Shown: piece after piece, positions 12,175 to 24,624 of the stretch | How the letters are laid out: each line of letters begins with the position of its first letter | Numbering within the stretch: position 1 is the first letter of the stretch | DNA from: Mobula hypostoma | Taxonomy: Eukaryota | Direction of reading: 5' to 3' | Length of the DNA: 64,000 nucleotides | Assembly: GCF_963921235.1 (NCBI RefSeq) | Contig: NC_086097.1 | Coordinates: forward strand, 135,224,001 to 135,288,000 | Notes under the pieces: model-generated | Told to the model about the DNA's origin: nothing | The model's input: only the letters and a program-made list of their open reading frames with translations | Databases searched by the model: none | Translations under genes and position numbers: made by a program

Positions 12175-13530
12175 CATGACCAGGTAGAACTGCAGAATGA
12201 ATATCTGAGGTACTGGCACAAAGGTAGGGTTTCAGGTTCTTGGATTATTGGAATCTCATCTGGGCCAGGGTGACCTGTACAAGACCAACAGGTTGAACCT
12301 TAACTGGAAGGGAGCCAGTATCCTGACTGGGAGCTCGTGCTACTTGGGAGGGTTTAAACTAGTTTGGCGGAAGGATAGGAACTAGACCACCAAGTCAGAA
12401 AGCGGAGGGATTGAGAGGAAGCTGGATGCCGTGACCAGGAAAAACAGGCAGGAGTAAGGTAATGCACACAGTGGGAAGGATGGGTTGAAGTGTGTGTGTT
12501 TTAATGCTAGGAATATTATAGGTAAGGGTGATGAACTTAGAACATGGATCAGTGCATGGAACTATGATGTTGTAGCCATAACAGAGACTTGGTTGAAATG
12601 ATGCTTAGAGTTGTTTGGGTATTTTATAAAAGATAAACAGGGAGGCAAGAATGATGGGGTGGGGGTGTATGACGCTACTGATGATAGCAGGTGAACCCTC
12701 CATTACGGCCTGTCCAAGCACAGCTGGGTCTGTACGGGTAGAATTCAAAAATAAGAAAGGTGCAGTTATCCTGATGGAATTGTACTACAGACCACTCAGC
12801 TAGCCACTGGGGCATTGAGGGACAGATATGCAGGCAGATTAGGGAAAAGTTTAAAAACAACATGGTTGTTGCAGTGGGGGGCATGTTAGTGGTAGGGAAA
12901 TACGGTTTTTGCAGGAGAGTATTAAATTGGAGCAGGATAAATTGCAAGAGTATTTGGTAGGAATAGTTAATTGGGAACAGGTATTTTTGGGCAAGTCCAC
13001 ATCTGACATGTGGAGGGTGTTTAAAGTCCACCTGCACAGAGTACAGGACAGGTATGTTCCAGTCAGAAGGAAGGACAAGGACAGCAAGGTAAGGGAACTG
13101 TGAATGTCAAGAGAGAGCGTGAATTTAACCAAGAAAAAAAAGGAAATGCATGTATGATTTAGGAGGCTAAAATCGAACAGAGCCCTTGCGAATTATAAAG
13201 AAGCCAAAACAAACTCAAGAATGAAGTTGGAAGGGCCATGAGGAGCTGTAAAAACTTCTTGGGGAAGTAGAATTAAAGTGAATTTCAAGGCATCCCATAC
13301 ATACGTCAAGAGCAAGAGGATAAGTAAGGAGCTGGTAGGACCGTTCAAAGATAAAGGAGATACCAGGTGCTTGAAGGCGGAGGATGTGGCTAAGGTCCTA
13401 AATGAATACTTTGTATCAGTATTTACCAAGGAGAAGGATGTGAAGTGTAGAAAAATTAGTGTGAAGCATGCTAATTTACTCAGGTATTTCAGGATGAAGA
13501 ATACAGTAGTACTAGGGCTCTTAAAGAATG
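12175..13530 (+). mobile_element. Old CR1 fragment (ORF1 end, ORF1/ORF2 junction, endonuclease and linker remnants)
   Basis: Degenerate esterase C-terminus, GGTTTAAACTAG junction, AITETW and LNEYFVSVFTKE remnants. Confidence 0.75.
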
Positions 13531-13730
13531 TTAAGTTCAAAGCTGAAAGTAACTTTATTATCAAAGTGCATGTACATCACCACATACAACCCCGAGATTC
13601 ATTTTCTTGTGAGCATTCACAGTAAATATATGGAGGCACAATAACATCAATGAAAAACCGCACACAAGATGGACAAACAGCCAATATTTAAAAGACAAAA
13701 AACTAAGTATGAAAAAAAATAATAATAATA

Positions 13731-14404
13731 CAGTGACTTGTAAGAGTATTCGGCCCCCAACCCTTTGTTCACATAAATGAGTATTACGACCAGGGATCTT
13801 GATCAACTTAACAGAACATTTTTGTTTCTGAATCACAAGCACCTTTTTTCTGTTGAGCCCCAAAAAACCCAGGGAAAATGACTAAGCGTGAAAAACTAAA
13901 CATTCAAAACCTGAAATGTCAGCAGTTCAAAAGTATTCATCCCCCTTTGCTCAGTGCTTAGTCGAACCACCGCTCACAGCTATTACAGCCAGAAGTCCTT
14001 TTGGATAAATCTCTTGGGTTTGCAGGATGTGGGGGAACGTGATTTGCCCATTCCTCCTCGCAAAATTGCTTCAAGGTTAGTTGGGAAGCGGCAATGTATA
14101 GCAATCTTGAGACTTTGCCAGAGATGTTTGATCAAATTAAGGTCAGGACTCTGACTGGGCCACTGAAGGTCACCAATTTTCTTAATTTGAATTCTCTCCA
14201 TGGTTGCTCTGTCAGTGTTCTTTCGGTTGTTGTCCTGCCAAAAGATGAAATTCCTCCCCAGTTTAAGCTTTCTGGCAGAGGCTAGCAGGTTTTTATCCAG
14301 GATCTCTCTGTATTTAGTGGCATTCATCCTCCCATCAATCCTGACCAGATTTCCAGTCCCCGCTGTTGAAAAGCATCCCCGTAGCATGGTACGGCCTTCA
14401 CCAT
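13731..14404 (-). mobile_element. Tc1/mariner DNA transposon fragment: one IR/DR-type terminus plus transposase C-terminus
   Basis: TA|CAGTG terminus; internal direct repeat AGTATTC..CCCC near 13745 and 13932; ORF 13983-14387 with QDN and WPSQSPDLNLIKHLW motifs. Confidence 0.88.
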
Positions 14405-16027
14405 AGGGCCTGTTCCTGTGCTATGGAGTTCTATGTTCTAGAAACCACAAAACCATAATATATAGGAGAAGAATTAGGTCATCTGGCCCATTGAGCCTGC
14501 TCCCCTATTTCATCATGGCTGATCTATTTATCCCCTCGGCCCCAATCTCCTCCTTTTCCCCATATCCCTTCATACCCTGACCAGTCAAGAATCTATCAAT
14601 CTCTGCCTTAAAGACACATAAAGACTTGGCCTCCACAGCTGCCTGTGGCAATGAATTCCACAGATTTACTACTCTCTGACTGAAGAAATTCCTCCTCATC
14701 TCCATTCTAAAAGGGCACCCCTCTATTCTGAGGCTGTGTCCTCTGATCTTAGACGCTCCCACCATAGGAAACATCCTCTCCACATTCACTCTATCAAGGC
14801 CTTTCACCATTCAATAGGTTTCAATGAGGTCACCCTCATTCTTCTGAATTCCAGTGAATACAAGCCCAGAGCCATCAAATATTCTTCTGCAGGTCGGTGG
14901 GACTAGGTGAGAGTAAGAGTTTGGCACAGACTAGAAGGGCTGAGATGGCCTGTTTCCGTGCTGTAATTGTTATATGGTTATATAGTTATATATGACAAGC
15001 TGTTTCATTCTGGAATGATCTTCATGAACCTCCCCTGAACCCTCTCCAGTTTCAGCACATCCTTTCCAAGATAAGGGGCCCAAAACTGCTCACAATACTC
15101 CAAGTGAGGCTTCATCAGTGCTTTATAAAGTCTCAGCATTACATCCTTGCTTTTATAATGTACTCCTCTTGAAATGAATGCCAACATTACATTTGTGTTC
15201 CTCACCACAGACTCAACCTGCAAATTAATCTTTAGAGAATCCTGCACAAGAGCTCCCAAGTCCCTTTGTGCCTCAGTTTTTTATATTTTCTCTCCATTTA
15301 GCTTTCATTTCTTCTACCAAAGTGCCTGACAATACACTTCCTGACACTGTATCCCATCTGCCGCTTCTTTGCCCATTCACCTAATCTGTCTAGATCCTTT
15401 TGTAGCCTCTCTATTTCCTCACATCTACTGCCCCTCCACCTATCTTTGTATCGTCTGCAAACTTTGCAACAAAGCCATCAATTCCATCATCCAAATCATT
15501 GACATATAATGTAAGAAGAATCAGTTGCAACACAGACTCACAGACACACACCACTAGCACTGGCAGCCAACCAGAAAAGGCTCCCTTTATTTCCATTCTT
15601 TGCCTCCTACCAATCAGCCACTGCTTTATCCATGCTAGAATCTTTCCTTTCATTCCTTGGGCTCATAGTTTGTTAAGCAGCCTCGTGTGGTATCTTGTCA
15701 AAGGTATTCTGAAAATCCAAGTATACTACATCAACAGATTCTCCTTTGTCTGTCCTACTTGTTATTTCTGCAAAGTTTTCCAACAAATTTGTCTGACAAG
15801 GAAACCGTGCTGACTACAGCCTATTTTATTATGTGCTTCCAAGTACCCTGAAACCATATCCTTAATCAACTCCCAACATCTTCCCAACCACTCAGGTCAG
15901 GCTAACTGACCTATAGTTTTCGTTCTTCTGTCTCTCTCCCTTCTTGAAAAGTGGAGTGACATTTGCAAAGTGCCAGACTTCAGGAACCATTCCAGAATCT
16001 AGTAATTCTTGAAAGATCATTACTAAT

Positions 16028-16342
16028 TAGATTAGATTAGATTCAACTTTATTGTCATTGTGCTGAGTACAGATACAAACCCAATGAAATGCATTTAGCA
16101 TCTGACCAGAAATGCTAAGAAGAGTGTTATTTACAAAATAACTGCGAATAAAAAAAGTGCTACAGCACACAAATATAAAAGTACTGAGACAGTATAATAC
16201 AGATGTGATACTGCTTAGCGCTGTGTTGAGAGGTTCAGCAGTGTCACAGCCTCAGGGAAGAAACTCTTCCTGTGCCTGCTGGTGTGGGAGCGGAGGCTCC
16301 TGTAGCGCCTACCGGATGGGAGGGGAGTAAAAAGTCCATGGT
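16028..16342 (-). mobile_element. Rex1/Babar-like LINE 3' fragment with (TCTAA)n tail, nested in the old CR1
   Basis: Minus strand encodes LLPSGRRYRSLRS, the C-terminal motif shared with the other Rex1-like fragments; TAGAT repeats at the 3' end. Confidence 0.65.
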
Positions 16343-17341
16343 TCCACAGTCTCTTCAGCCAAGTCTTTCAGAACTCTGGGGTGTACACCATCTGGTCCAG
16401 GTGACTTATCTACCTTAAGACCTTTCAGTTTCCCAAGAACCTCTTAACTTGTAATGGTAACTTCAAACATTTTAAGACCCCTAATACCTGGAACTTCCAC
16501 CATACTGCTAATGCCTTTTACAGTGAAGACCGATGCAGAATACTTGTTCAGTTCATCTGCCATTTCCTTGCCCCCCATTACTACCTCTCCAGCATTGTTT
16601 TCCAGTGGTCCAATATCCACTCTTGCCTCTCTTTTACACTGTACGTGTCTGAAGAAACTTTTGGTGTCCTCTTTAATGTTATTGGCCAGCTTACTTTCAC
16701 ATTCCATCTTTACCTTAATGACTTTTTCATTTGCCTTCTGTTGGTATTTAAAGCTTCCCAACCTTCTAACTTTCCACTACTATTATACTACTAACTATTA
16801 TATGCACTCTCTTTGGCTTTTATGTTGGCTTTGACTTCTCTTGTTAGCCAACATTGTGTCATCTTGTGTTCTTCATCTTGAGTACTTCTTCCTCTTTAGG
16901 ATGTATATATCCTCTGCCTTCCGAATTGCTTCCAGAAATTTCAGTCATTGCTGCTCTCCTGTCATCCCTGCCAGTTTTCTTTTCCATTCAATCCTAGCCA
17001 ACTCCTCTCTCTTCATTCCTCTGTAATTTCCTTTACTTCGGGTTTGATTCGAAGAAGGAGTCTGAGAGTCTGAGTGGGAGTGCCGAGAAAGAGATTTTTG
17101 AAATTTTCGTTATTTTTTTTTCTCCAACGGCGTTCTGAGAGGCAGGACTGCACAGGCGTGTGACGTCGGGCAGTGCAGTGCGGCAGATTTAAAAGGAACA
17201 AAGCCTCATAGAGCGGGCAGCGTAGTTTGCGGGCGGCAGAGTGAGCTGGGAGCAGAGTGAAGACTTAAGGGCTTCGGCTCAACGGGCTTAGGCGGAAACG
17301 GGCGAGGCGAGGAAGGTTTAGCATTCATTTTCTGTTGTTAT

Positions 17342-18276
17342 TTGAGGAGAGGGGCAGTTTGCTGTTCTCGGTGTCGGATGTGGGAGGCCCTGGAGTCTCC
17401 AAGCCTCCCGGACGTCTACATCTGCGCCAAGTGCATCGAGATGCAGCTCCTAAGGGACCGTGTTACGGAACTAGAGCTGCAGCTCGATGACCTTCGTCTG
17501 GTCAGGGAGAGTGAGGAGTTGATAGAGAGGAGTTGCAGGCAGGTGGTCACGCCGGGGCCACGGGAGGCAGACAAGTGGGTCACGGTTAGGAGGGGGAAGG
17601 GGAAGAGTCAGGTAATAGGGAGTACCCCGGTGGCTGTGCCCCTTAACAACAGGTACTCCTGTTTGAGTACTGTTGGGGGGGACAGCTTACCCGGGGGAAG
17701 CGACAGTGGCCGTGCCTCCAGCACAGAGTCTGGCCCTGTAGCTCAGAAGGGTAGGGCAAGGAAGAGGAGGGCAGTTGTGATAGGGGACTCAATACTAAGG
17801 GGGTCAGATAGGCAATTCTGTGGACGCAGTCCAGAGACCCGGATGGTAGTTTGCCTCCCTGGTGCCAGGGTCCGGGATATTTCTGATCGTGTCCAAGATA
17901 TCCTGAAGTGGGAGGGTGAGGAGCCAGAGGTCGTGGTACATATAGGTACCAATGACATAGGTAGGAAAAGGGATGAGGTCCTGAAAGGAGAATATAGGGA
18001 GCTAGGAAGGGAGTTGAGAAAAAGGACTGCAAAGGTAGTAATCTCGGGATTACTGCCTGTGCCACGCAACAGTGAGAGTAGGAATGCGATGAGATGGAGG
18101 ATAAATGCGTGGCTGAGGGATTGGAGCAGGGAGCAGGGATTCAAGTTTTTGGATCATTGGGACCTCTTTTGGCGCAGGCGTAACCTGTACAAAAAGGATG
18201 GGTTACACTTTTGTGTAGGGGGACCAATATCCTGGCAGGGTGATTAGCGGGGGCCACTGAGGTGACTTTAAACTAG
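17342..18276 (+). pseudogene. CR1 ORF1p: CxxC-CxxC zinc finger, coiled coil, SGNH esterase
   Basis: CSRC...CAKC, a heptad Leu run, GDS, PGA, GTND and DGLH blocks. No ATG start; a 1-nt frameshift near 18210 precedes the natural stop at 18274-18276. Confidence 0.85.
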
Positions 18277-18281
18277 AATGG

Positions 18282-20807
18282 TTGGGGGGTGGGAATCAAA
18301 TTAAAGAGGCTAGGCATGAGGACGTTAGTTCACAACAGGGGGATGGGAACCAGTGCAGAGAGACAGAGGGGTGTAAAGTGAGGGTAGAAGCAAAAAGTAC
18401 TAAGGAGAAAAGTAAAAGTGGCAGGCCGACAAATCCAGGGCAAGCATTAAAAAGGGCCACTTTTCAACATAATTGTATAAGGGCTAAGAGAGTTGTAAAA
18501 GAGCGCCTGAAGGCTTTGTGTGTCAATGCAAGGAGCATTCGTAATAAAGTGGATGAATTGAAAGTGTAGATTGTTATTAATGATTATGATATAGTTGGGA
18601 TTACAGAGACATGGCTCCAGGGTGACCAGGGATGGGAGCTCAATGTTCAGAGATATTCAATATTCAGGAGGGATAGACATGAAGGAAGGGGAGGTGGGGT
18701 GGCGTTGCTGGTTAAAGAAGAGATTAACGCAATAGAAAGGAAGGACATAAGCCGGGAAGATGTGGAATCGATATGGGTAGAGCTGCATAACACTAAGGGG
18801 CAGAAGACGCTGGTGGGAGTTGTGTACAGGCCACCTAACAGTAGTAGTGAGGTCGGAGATGGTATTAAACAGGAAATTAGAAATGTGTGCAATAAAGGAA
18901 CAGCAGTTATAATGGGTGACTTCAATCTACATGTAGATTGGGTGAACCAAATTGGTAAAGGTGCTGAGGAAGAGAATTTCTTGAAAAAAGATTATGAGAG
19001 AAAACTGGCAGGGAACATAAAAACGGACTGTAAAAGCTTTTATAGATATGTAAAAAGGAAAAGACTGGTAAAGACAAATGTAGGTCCCCTGCAGACAGAA
19101 ACAGGTGAATTGATTATGGGGAGCAAGGACATGGCAGACCAATTGAATAATTACTTTGGTTCTGTCTTCACTAAGGAGGATATAAATAATCTTCCAGAAA
19201 TAGTAGGGGACAGAGGGTCCAGTGAGATGGAGGAACTGAGCGAAATACATGTTAGTAGGGAAGTGGTGTTAGGTAAATTGAAGGGATTGAAGGCAGATAA
19301 ATCCCCAGGGCCAGATGGTCTGCATCCTAGAGTGCTTAAGGAAGTAGCCCAAGAAATAGTGGATGCATTAGTGATAATTTTTCAAAACTCGTTAGATTCT
19401 GGACTAGTTCCTGAGGATTGGAGGGTGGCTAATGTAACTCCACTTTTTAAAAAAGGAGGGAGAGAGAAACCGGGGAATTATAGACCGGTTAGCCTAACGT
19501 CGGTGGTGGGGAAACTGCTGGAGTCAGTTATCAAGGATGTGATAACAGCACATTTGGAAAGCGGTGAAATGATTGGACAAAGTCAGCATGGATTTGTGAA
19601 AGGAAAATCATGTCTGACGAATCTCATAGAATTTTTTGAGGATGTAACTAGTAGAGTGGATAGGGGAGAACCAGTGGATGTGGTATATTTGGATTTTCAA
19701 AAGGCTTTTGACAAGGTCCCATACAGGAGATTAGTGTGCAAACTTAAAGCACACGGTATTGGGGGTAAGGTATTGGTGTGGGTGGAGAATTGGTTAGCAG
19801 ACAGGAAGCAAAGAGTGGAAATAAACGGGACCTTTTCAGAATGGCAGGCAGTGACTAGTGGGGTACCGCAAGGCTCAGTGCTGGGACCCCAGTTGTTTAC
19901 AATATATATTAATGACTTGGATGAGGGAATTAAATGCAGCATCTCCAAGTTTGCGGATGACACGAAGCTGGGTGGCAGTGTTAGTTGTGAGGAGGATGCT
20001 AAGAGGACCCAGGTTGACTTGGATAGGTTGGGTGAGTGGGCAAATTCATGGCAGATGCAATTTAATGTGGATAAATGTGAAGTTATCCACTTTGGTGGCA
20101 AAAATAGGAAAACAGATTATTATCTGAATGGTGGCCGATTAGGAAAAGGGGAGGTGCAACGAGACCTGGGTGTCATTATACACCAGTCATTGAAAGTGGG
20201 CATGCAGGTACAGCAGGCGGTGAAAAAGGCGAATGGTATGCTGGCATTTATAGCGAGAGGATTTGAGTACAGGAGCAGGGAGGTACTACTGCAGTTGTAC
20301 AAGGCCTTGGTGAGACCACACCTGGAGTATTGTGTGCAGTTTTGGTCCCCTAATCTGAGGAAAGACATCCTTGCCATAAAGGGAGTACAAAGAAGGTTCA
20401 CCAGATTGATTCCTGGGATGGCAGGACTTTCATACGAAGAAAGACTGGATGAACTGGGCTTGTACTCGTTGGAATTTAGAAGATTGAGGGGGGATCTGAT
20501 TGAAACGTATAAGATCCTAAAGGGATTGGACAGGCTAGATGCAGGAAGATTGTTCCCCATGTTGGGGAAGTCTAGAACGAGGGGTCACAGTTTGAGGATA
20601 AAGGGGAAGCCTTTTAGGACCGAGATTAGGAAAAACTTCTTCACACAGAGAGTGGTGAATCTGTGGAATTCTCTGCCACAGGAAACAGTTGAGGCCAGTT
20701 CATTGGCTATATTTAAGAGGGAGTTAGATATGGCCCTTGTGGCTACAGGGGTCGGGGGTATGGAAGGAAGGCTGGGGCGGGGTTCTGAGTTGGATGATCA
20801 GCCATGA
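18282..20807 (+). pseudogene. CR1 ORF2p: partial APE endonuclease plus intact RT domain
   Basis: One frame from 18282; premature TAG at 18567-18569 (CAG in the sister copy); then a 702-codon ORF with the RT motifs. Confidence 0.88.
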
Positions 20808-23141
20808 TCATAATAAATGGCGGTGCAGGCTCGAAGGGCTGAATGGCCTACTCCTGCATCTATTTTCTATGTTTCTATGTTTCTATTACTGGTACATCTG
20901 ACTTTAGCTTCTCCTTCTCAAATTTCAGGGTAAATTCAATCAAATTATGATTACTTTTCCCTTTGGGTTATTTTACCCTGAGCTCTCTAATCAATTCTGT
21001 TTCATTGCACAACACCCAGTCCAGAATAGCTGATCCCCTAGTGGGCTCAACCATGAGCTGTTCTAAAAAGCCATCTGGTAGACATTGTAAAAATTTCCTG
21101 TTTTGGAATCCCGCACGACCTGATTTTCACGATCTACCTGCATATTGGAATTCCCCATGTCTGTTGTAAAATTGCCCTTTTGGCATGCATTTTCCATCTC
21201 TGATTGTAACTTGTAGACCACATCCTTACCACTGTTTGGGGGTCTGTATACAACTCCCATCAGGGTCTTTTAACCCTTGCAGTTCCTTAGTTCTATCCAC
21301 AATGCTTCAACACCTGCTGACCCCATGTCATCTCTTTCTAATGGTTTGATTTCATTTCTTACCAACAGAGCAACGCCACCTCCTCCGCCTTCCTGGTTGC
21401 CTGTCCTTTCAATGCAATGTGTATCCTTGGACATCAAGCTCCCAACTATATTCTTCTTTCAGCCATGATTCAGTGATACCTACAACATCATACCTGCCAA
21501 TCTATAACTGCTACAAGTACATCGACCTCGTTCCACATACTGCGCGCATTCAAATATACCACCTTTAGTCCTGTATTCACCATTTTCGATGTTGTCCACT
21601 TTTTACATTGAAACTCATTCTGTTGACTATTATTTTACCCTTTCATCAGCCCCTCCTTGTTAGGAGTCTTACTGCACATTGCCTCTGTTTGTAAACCAAC
21701 TACCTCATCTTCAGCCCTATCACTCCGGTTCCCGTCCCCCTGCCAAATTAGATTAAATGTGTCTGAACAACTCTAGCCAATCTGCCCTCAAGGATATTGG
21801 GTCCCCGCTGGTTCAGGTGTAAACAGTCCCTTTTGTATAAGTCAAACCTTCCCTAGAAAATAATCCCAATGATCCATTGATCTAACCCCCTGCTTCCTGA
21901 ACCAGTTCCTTAGCCACACATTCACCTGCCAAATCTCCTATTCGTACCCTTACTGGCACGTAGCACAGGCAGCAATCTTGAGATTGCTACCTTGGAGGTC
22001 CTGTTTCTCAGCTTTTTACCTAGCTCATTAAAATCTCTCTTCAGAACCTCCTCACCTTGCCTACCTATGTCATTGCTGTGAATATGTACCAAAAATTCTG
22101 GCTGCTCACTCTCTCCCTTTGAGTATATCACAGACCCAATCCAAGACATCCTTGACCCTGACACCTAGAGGCCACTTACCATCTGGGTGTCCCTATTGGA
22201 CCCGCAGAACCTCATCTCTGTTCTTCTGACTGTAGAATCTCTAATCAATACTGCAGTCCTCTCCACCTCTCTGCTCTTCTGGGCCACAGCACCACACTCA
22301 GTGCCAGAGACCTGGTCACTGTGGCTCCCCCCTCACCACCGGCAGGTCACCCCCCCCCCCCCCGCCTCAGTAGTATCCAAAGTTGTGTACTTGTTATTGA
22401 GGGGAACAGAACAGCCACAGGTATATTCTGCACTGGCTGTGCACTTCCCCTCCTCCTCCTGACAGTCACCTAGTTACCCGTCTCCTGAAACCTAAGGGTG
22501 ACTATCTCAGAATCTCCTATCTATTACCTCCTCATTCTCCCGTATAAGTCAAAGGTCATCGAGCTGCAGCTCCAGTTCCTTAGTATGTTGTCGCAGGACC
22601 TGTAGTTCAGTATACTTGGAGCAGTTGTGTTTATCTGGGAGACTGGAGGTCTCCCCACGTCCCTCAAGCTGTACAAAATACTGCCCCTGGAACCATTCTT
22701 ACTATACTCCGCTCTAATAGATGAGGAATGATCAAATAAGAACACAGAGAGAACAACGTACAAGACAATCTACCTCACCTTAGCCTGCTGAGCCAAAGCC
22801 ACTTTGGCACTCTCCAAAATTAATGGCCACTCTGCTTGAACTTGAGTTATTCTTATTGGCCCTTCCTAATGAATCCCTGTTATTGATTGGTTGCACCTCC
22901 AATTAGAAAAACTGCTGCAAAACTCTGCTTTTGAAATCTCAGTTGCCGCCCTGATTAAAAAGTAGCTCTTTTCATGCACCCCTGCTCCAACTCCACATGC
23001 ATTGACAAATTAGAAATAAAACCAGCTGTTGTTTTCTTTTGCTTTATGTTTTGTTATTAGCCGAAATGATAAAAAGAACTTCATTTGATGTCTGCTGACG
23101 ATATCATGATTATTAAGCTATACCTTTTTTCCTTTCCACAG

Positions 23142-23285
23142 AAAGCACTATGTGAATATGCCAGTAGCCTGGCTCTTGTTCCAGACTCAAATATAGCTCT
23201 TAGAAGAGACCTACAGGAGGCTCGAGCTCGATGTCTAAGCTATCTTGGCAGAGACGAAGATGCCTTGGATATAGCACAAGAATTG
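23142..23285 (+). CDS. C8orf76: C8orf76-like coding exon 3 (KALCEYASSLALVPDSNIALRRDLQEARARCLSYLGRDEDALDIAQEL)
   Basis: Polypyrimidine tract and cacag| acceptor; TTG|GTTAGT donor; phase 0-0. Confidence 0.93.
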
Positions 23286-23667
23286 GTTAGTCATAACAAT
23301 GTCAATGCAAAATTAAACTAACATTTTAGCGGCTACAAATTCTATGGTAAGTGTCACAAAGTGACAGAGTAACTCCATCAGCGCTGAGTTGGAAGGTCAT
23401 GGGCTCAAATGCACAAGGCTTGATGATTATGGTAATTTCGGCAATAGTGAAAGTCACAACTTTTGCTTGAGAAACTTCTTGAGGTCAATATGAGTTCCAA
23501 CAGCACTGTTTCCAAAAAAAAAGTAGGGGGAGTGCTGACCAGCATTTCTCTCTACAGCCAATAAGCTGTATGTATTGTGGAAGTTTGCTCTATGTATATT
23601 GACTGTGGTGTTTACTACATCACATTACATTCAGCATTTTGTCTTTCCTTTAGTACTTCTCAATGTA

Positions 23668-24234
23668 CAGTACTATGCACGTATATATAGTTAGTGTGCC
23701 CAAGACTTTTGCATCCTTTGTTCCCGCCAGATTTACAAACTCGCTCTCTGCTCCACGTTGACAAATACACCATATAAGAGTCTTTTATTGCACTGTACAG
23801 CTGCCGCCGAAAAGCAACATGACATATATGAGTGATGATAAACTTGATTATGATACGGATTTGTATTGTGGACTGAAAGTGGGAAAGGGGCGTGGAGAAC
23901 AGAAGCTTGTTTGGGAAAAGGGGAGGGAGAGAGGTGAGGGAGCACGAAGCACAAGAGAGGGATTCTGTGATGATCAATAAACTAATTGTTTGGAATCAAA
24001 TGATCTTGCCTGGTATCTCAGTGCTGGGTGTGTCTGCTCCTGCACCACCCCCCACCTCTGGCACTCCTAGCCACTTGTCCACACCACCCCCCACCGCAGC
24101 GCCCCACCCTCACCATTCCCGACATCCTGCCAGATTTACAAACTCGCTCTCTGCTCCACATTGACAAATACACAGTATAAAAGTCCTAGGCACCCAAGCT
24201 ATATATATGTGCCTGAGACTTTTGCACAGGACTG
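23668..24234. mobile_element. Non-autonomous Tc1/mariner-like element (MITE) with internal duplications
   Basis: TA|CAGTACTATGCA ... TGCACAGGACTG|TA; an about 55-bp block occurs twice (near 23726 and 24129). Confidence 0.65.
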
Positions 24235-24624
24235 TACTTCTGGATGTAATGGCATGCAAACAAAATATTTTCACTGTATCTCACCAAAAGTGACAATAAT
24301 AAAAGAATCAGCAGTTAATGGGCTGTTTCACTGCTTTGGAGAACCAATCTTCCCTTTTTACCTGAAAGAATTAAACAGGAGAAATTAGAATATGTTAACG
24401 ATTAGTATTATCAGAAATATGCAACGCATCTTTGTGTTGATGCTAGAAAGTAAAATATTATTCTAAGCAGATTTTAAACCTAGATAACAGTCTGGCAATC
24501 ATATGACCATAGACAACGCCTTATAAAACACCAACTAAGTTAAGTTTCTGTGGAGATGTGAAATATTTGCAGTCCAGTGTAGGCTTGCTGCACGTTGCAG
24601 TGTTGGAACAGTGGACCTCTTTAT

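Larger units (their letters stand above)
17040..20886 (+). mobile_element. Young-family CR1 LINE with 5' UTR, ORF1 and internally deleted ORF2
   Basis: GC-rich 5' UTR; ORF1 17342-18276; ORF2 frame 18282-20807; (TTTCTATG)n tail; about 522-bp deletion at 18983/18984 relative to the 6138-9730 copy. Confidence 0.95.
14440..22780 (-). mobile_element. Old near-full-length CR1 LINE, split by a young CR1 (17040-20886) and smaller insertions
   Basis: RT remnants at 14505-16760; endonuclease YRPPNS at 21063-21260; esterase VHIHSNDIG at 21922-22164; zinc-finger-like remnant near 22600. Host sequence is collinear across the insertions. Confidence 0.88.

Noticed and set aside
18699..20807. 702-aa RT ORF as a domesticated host gene or prokaryotic-type RT system
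   Set aside because: Embedded in a recognisable CR1 with 3' UTR and tail, near-identical to dispersed copies, with an upstream stop and a terminal frameshift.
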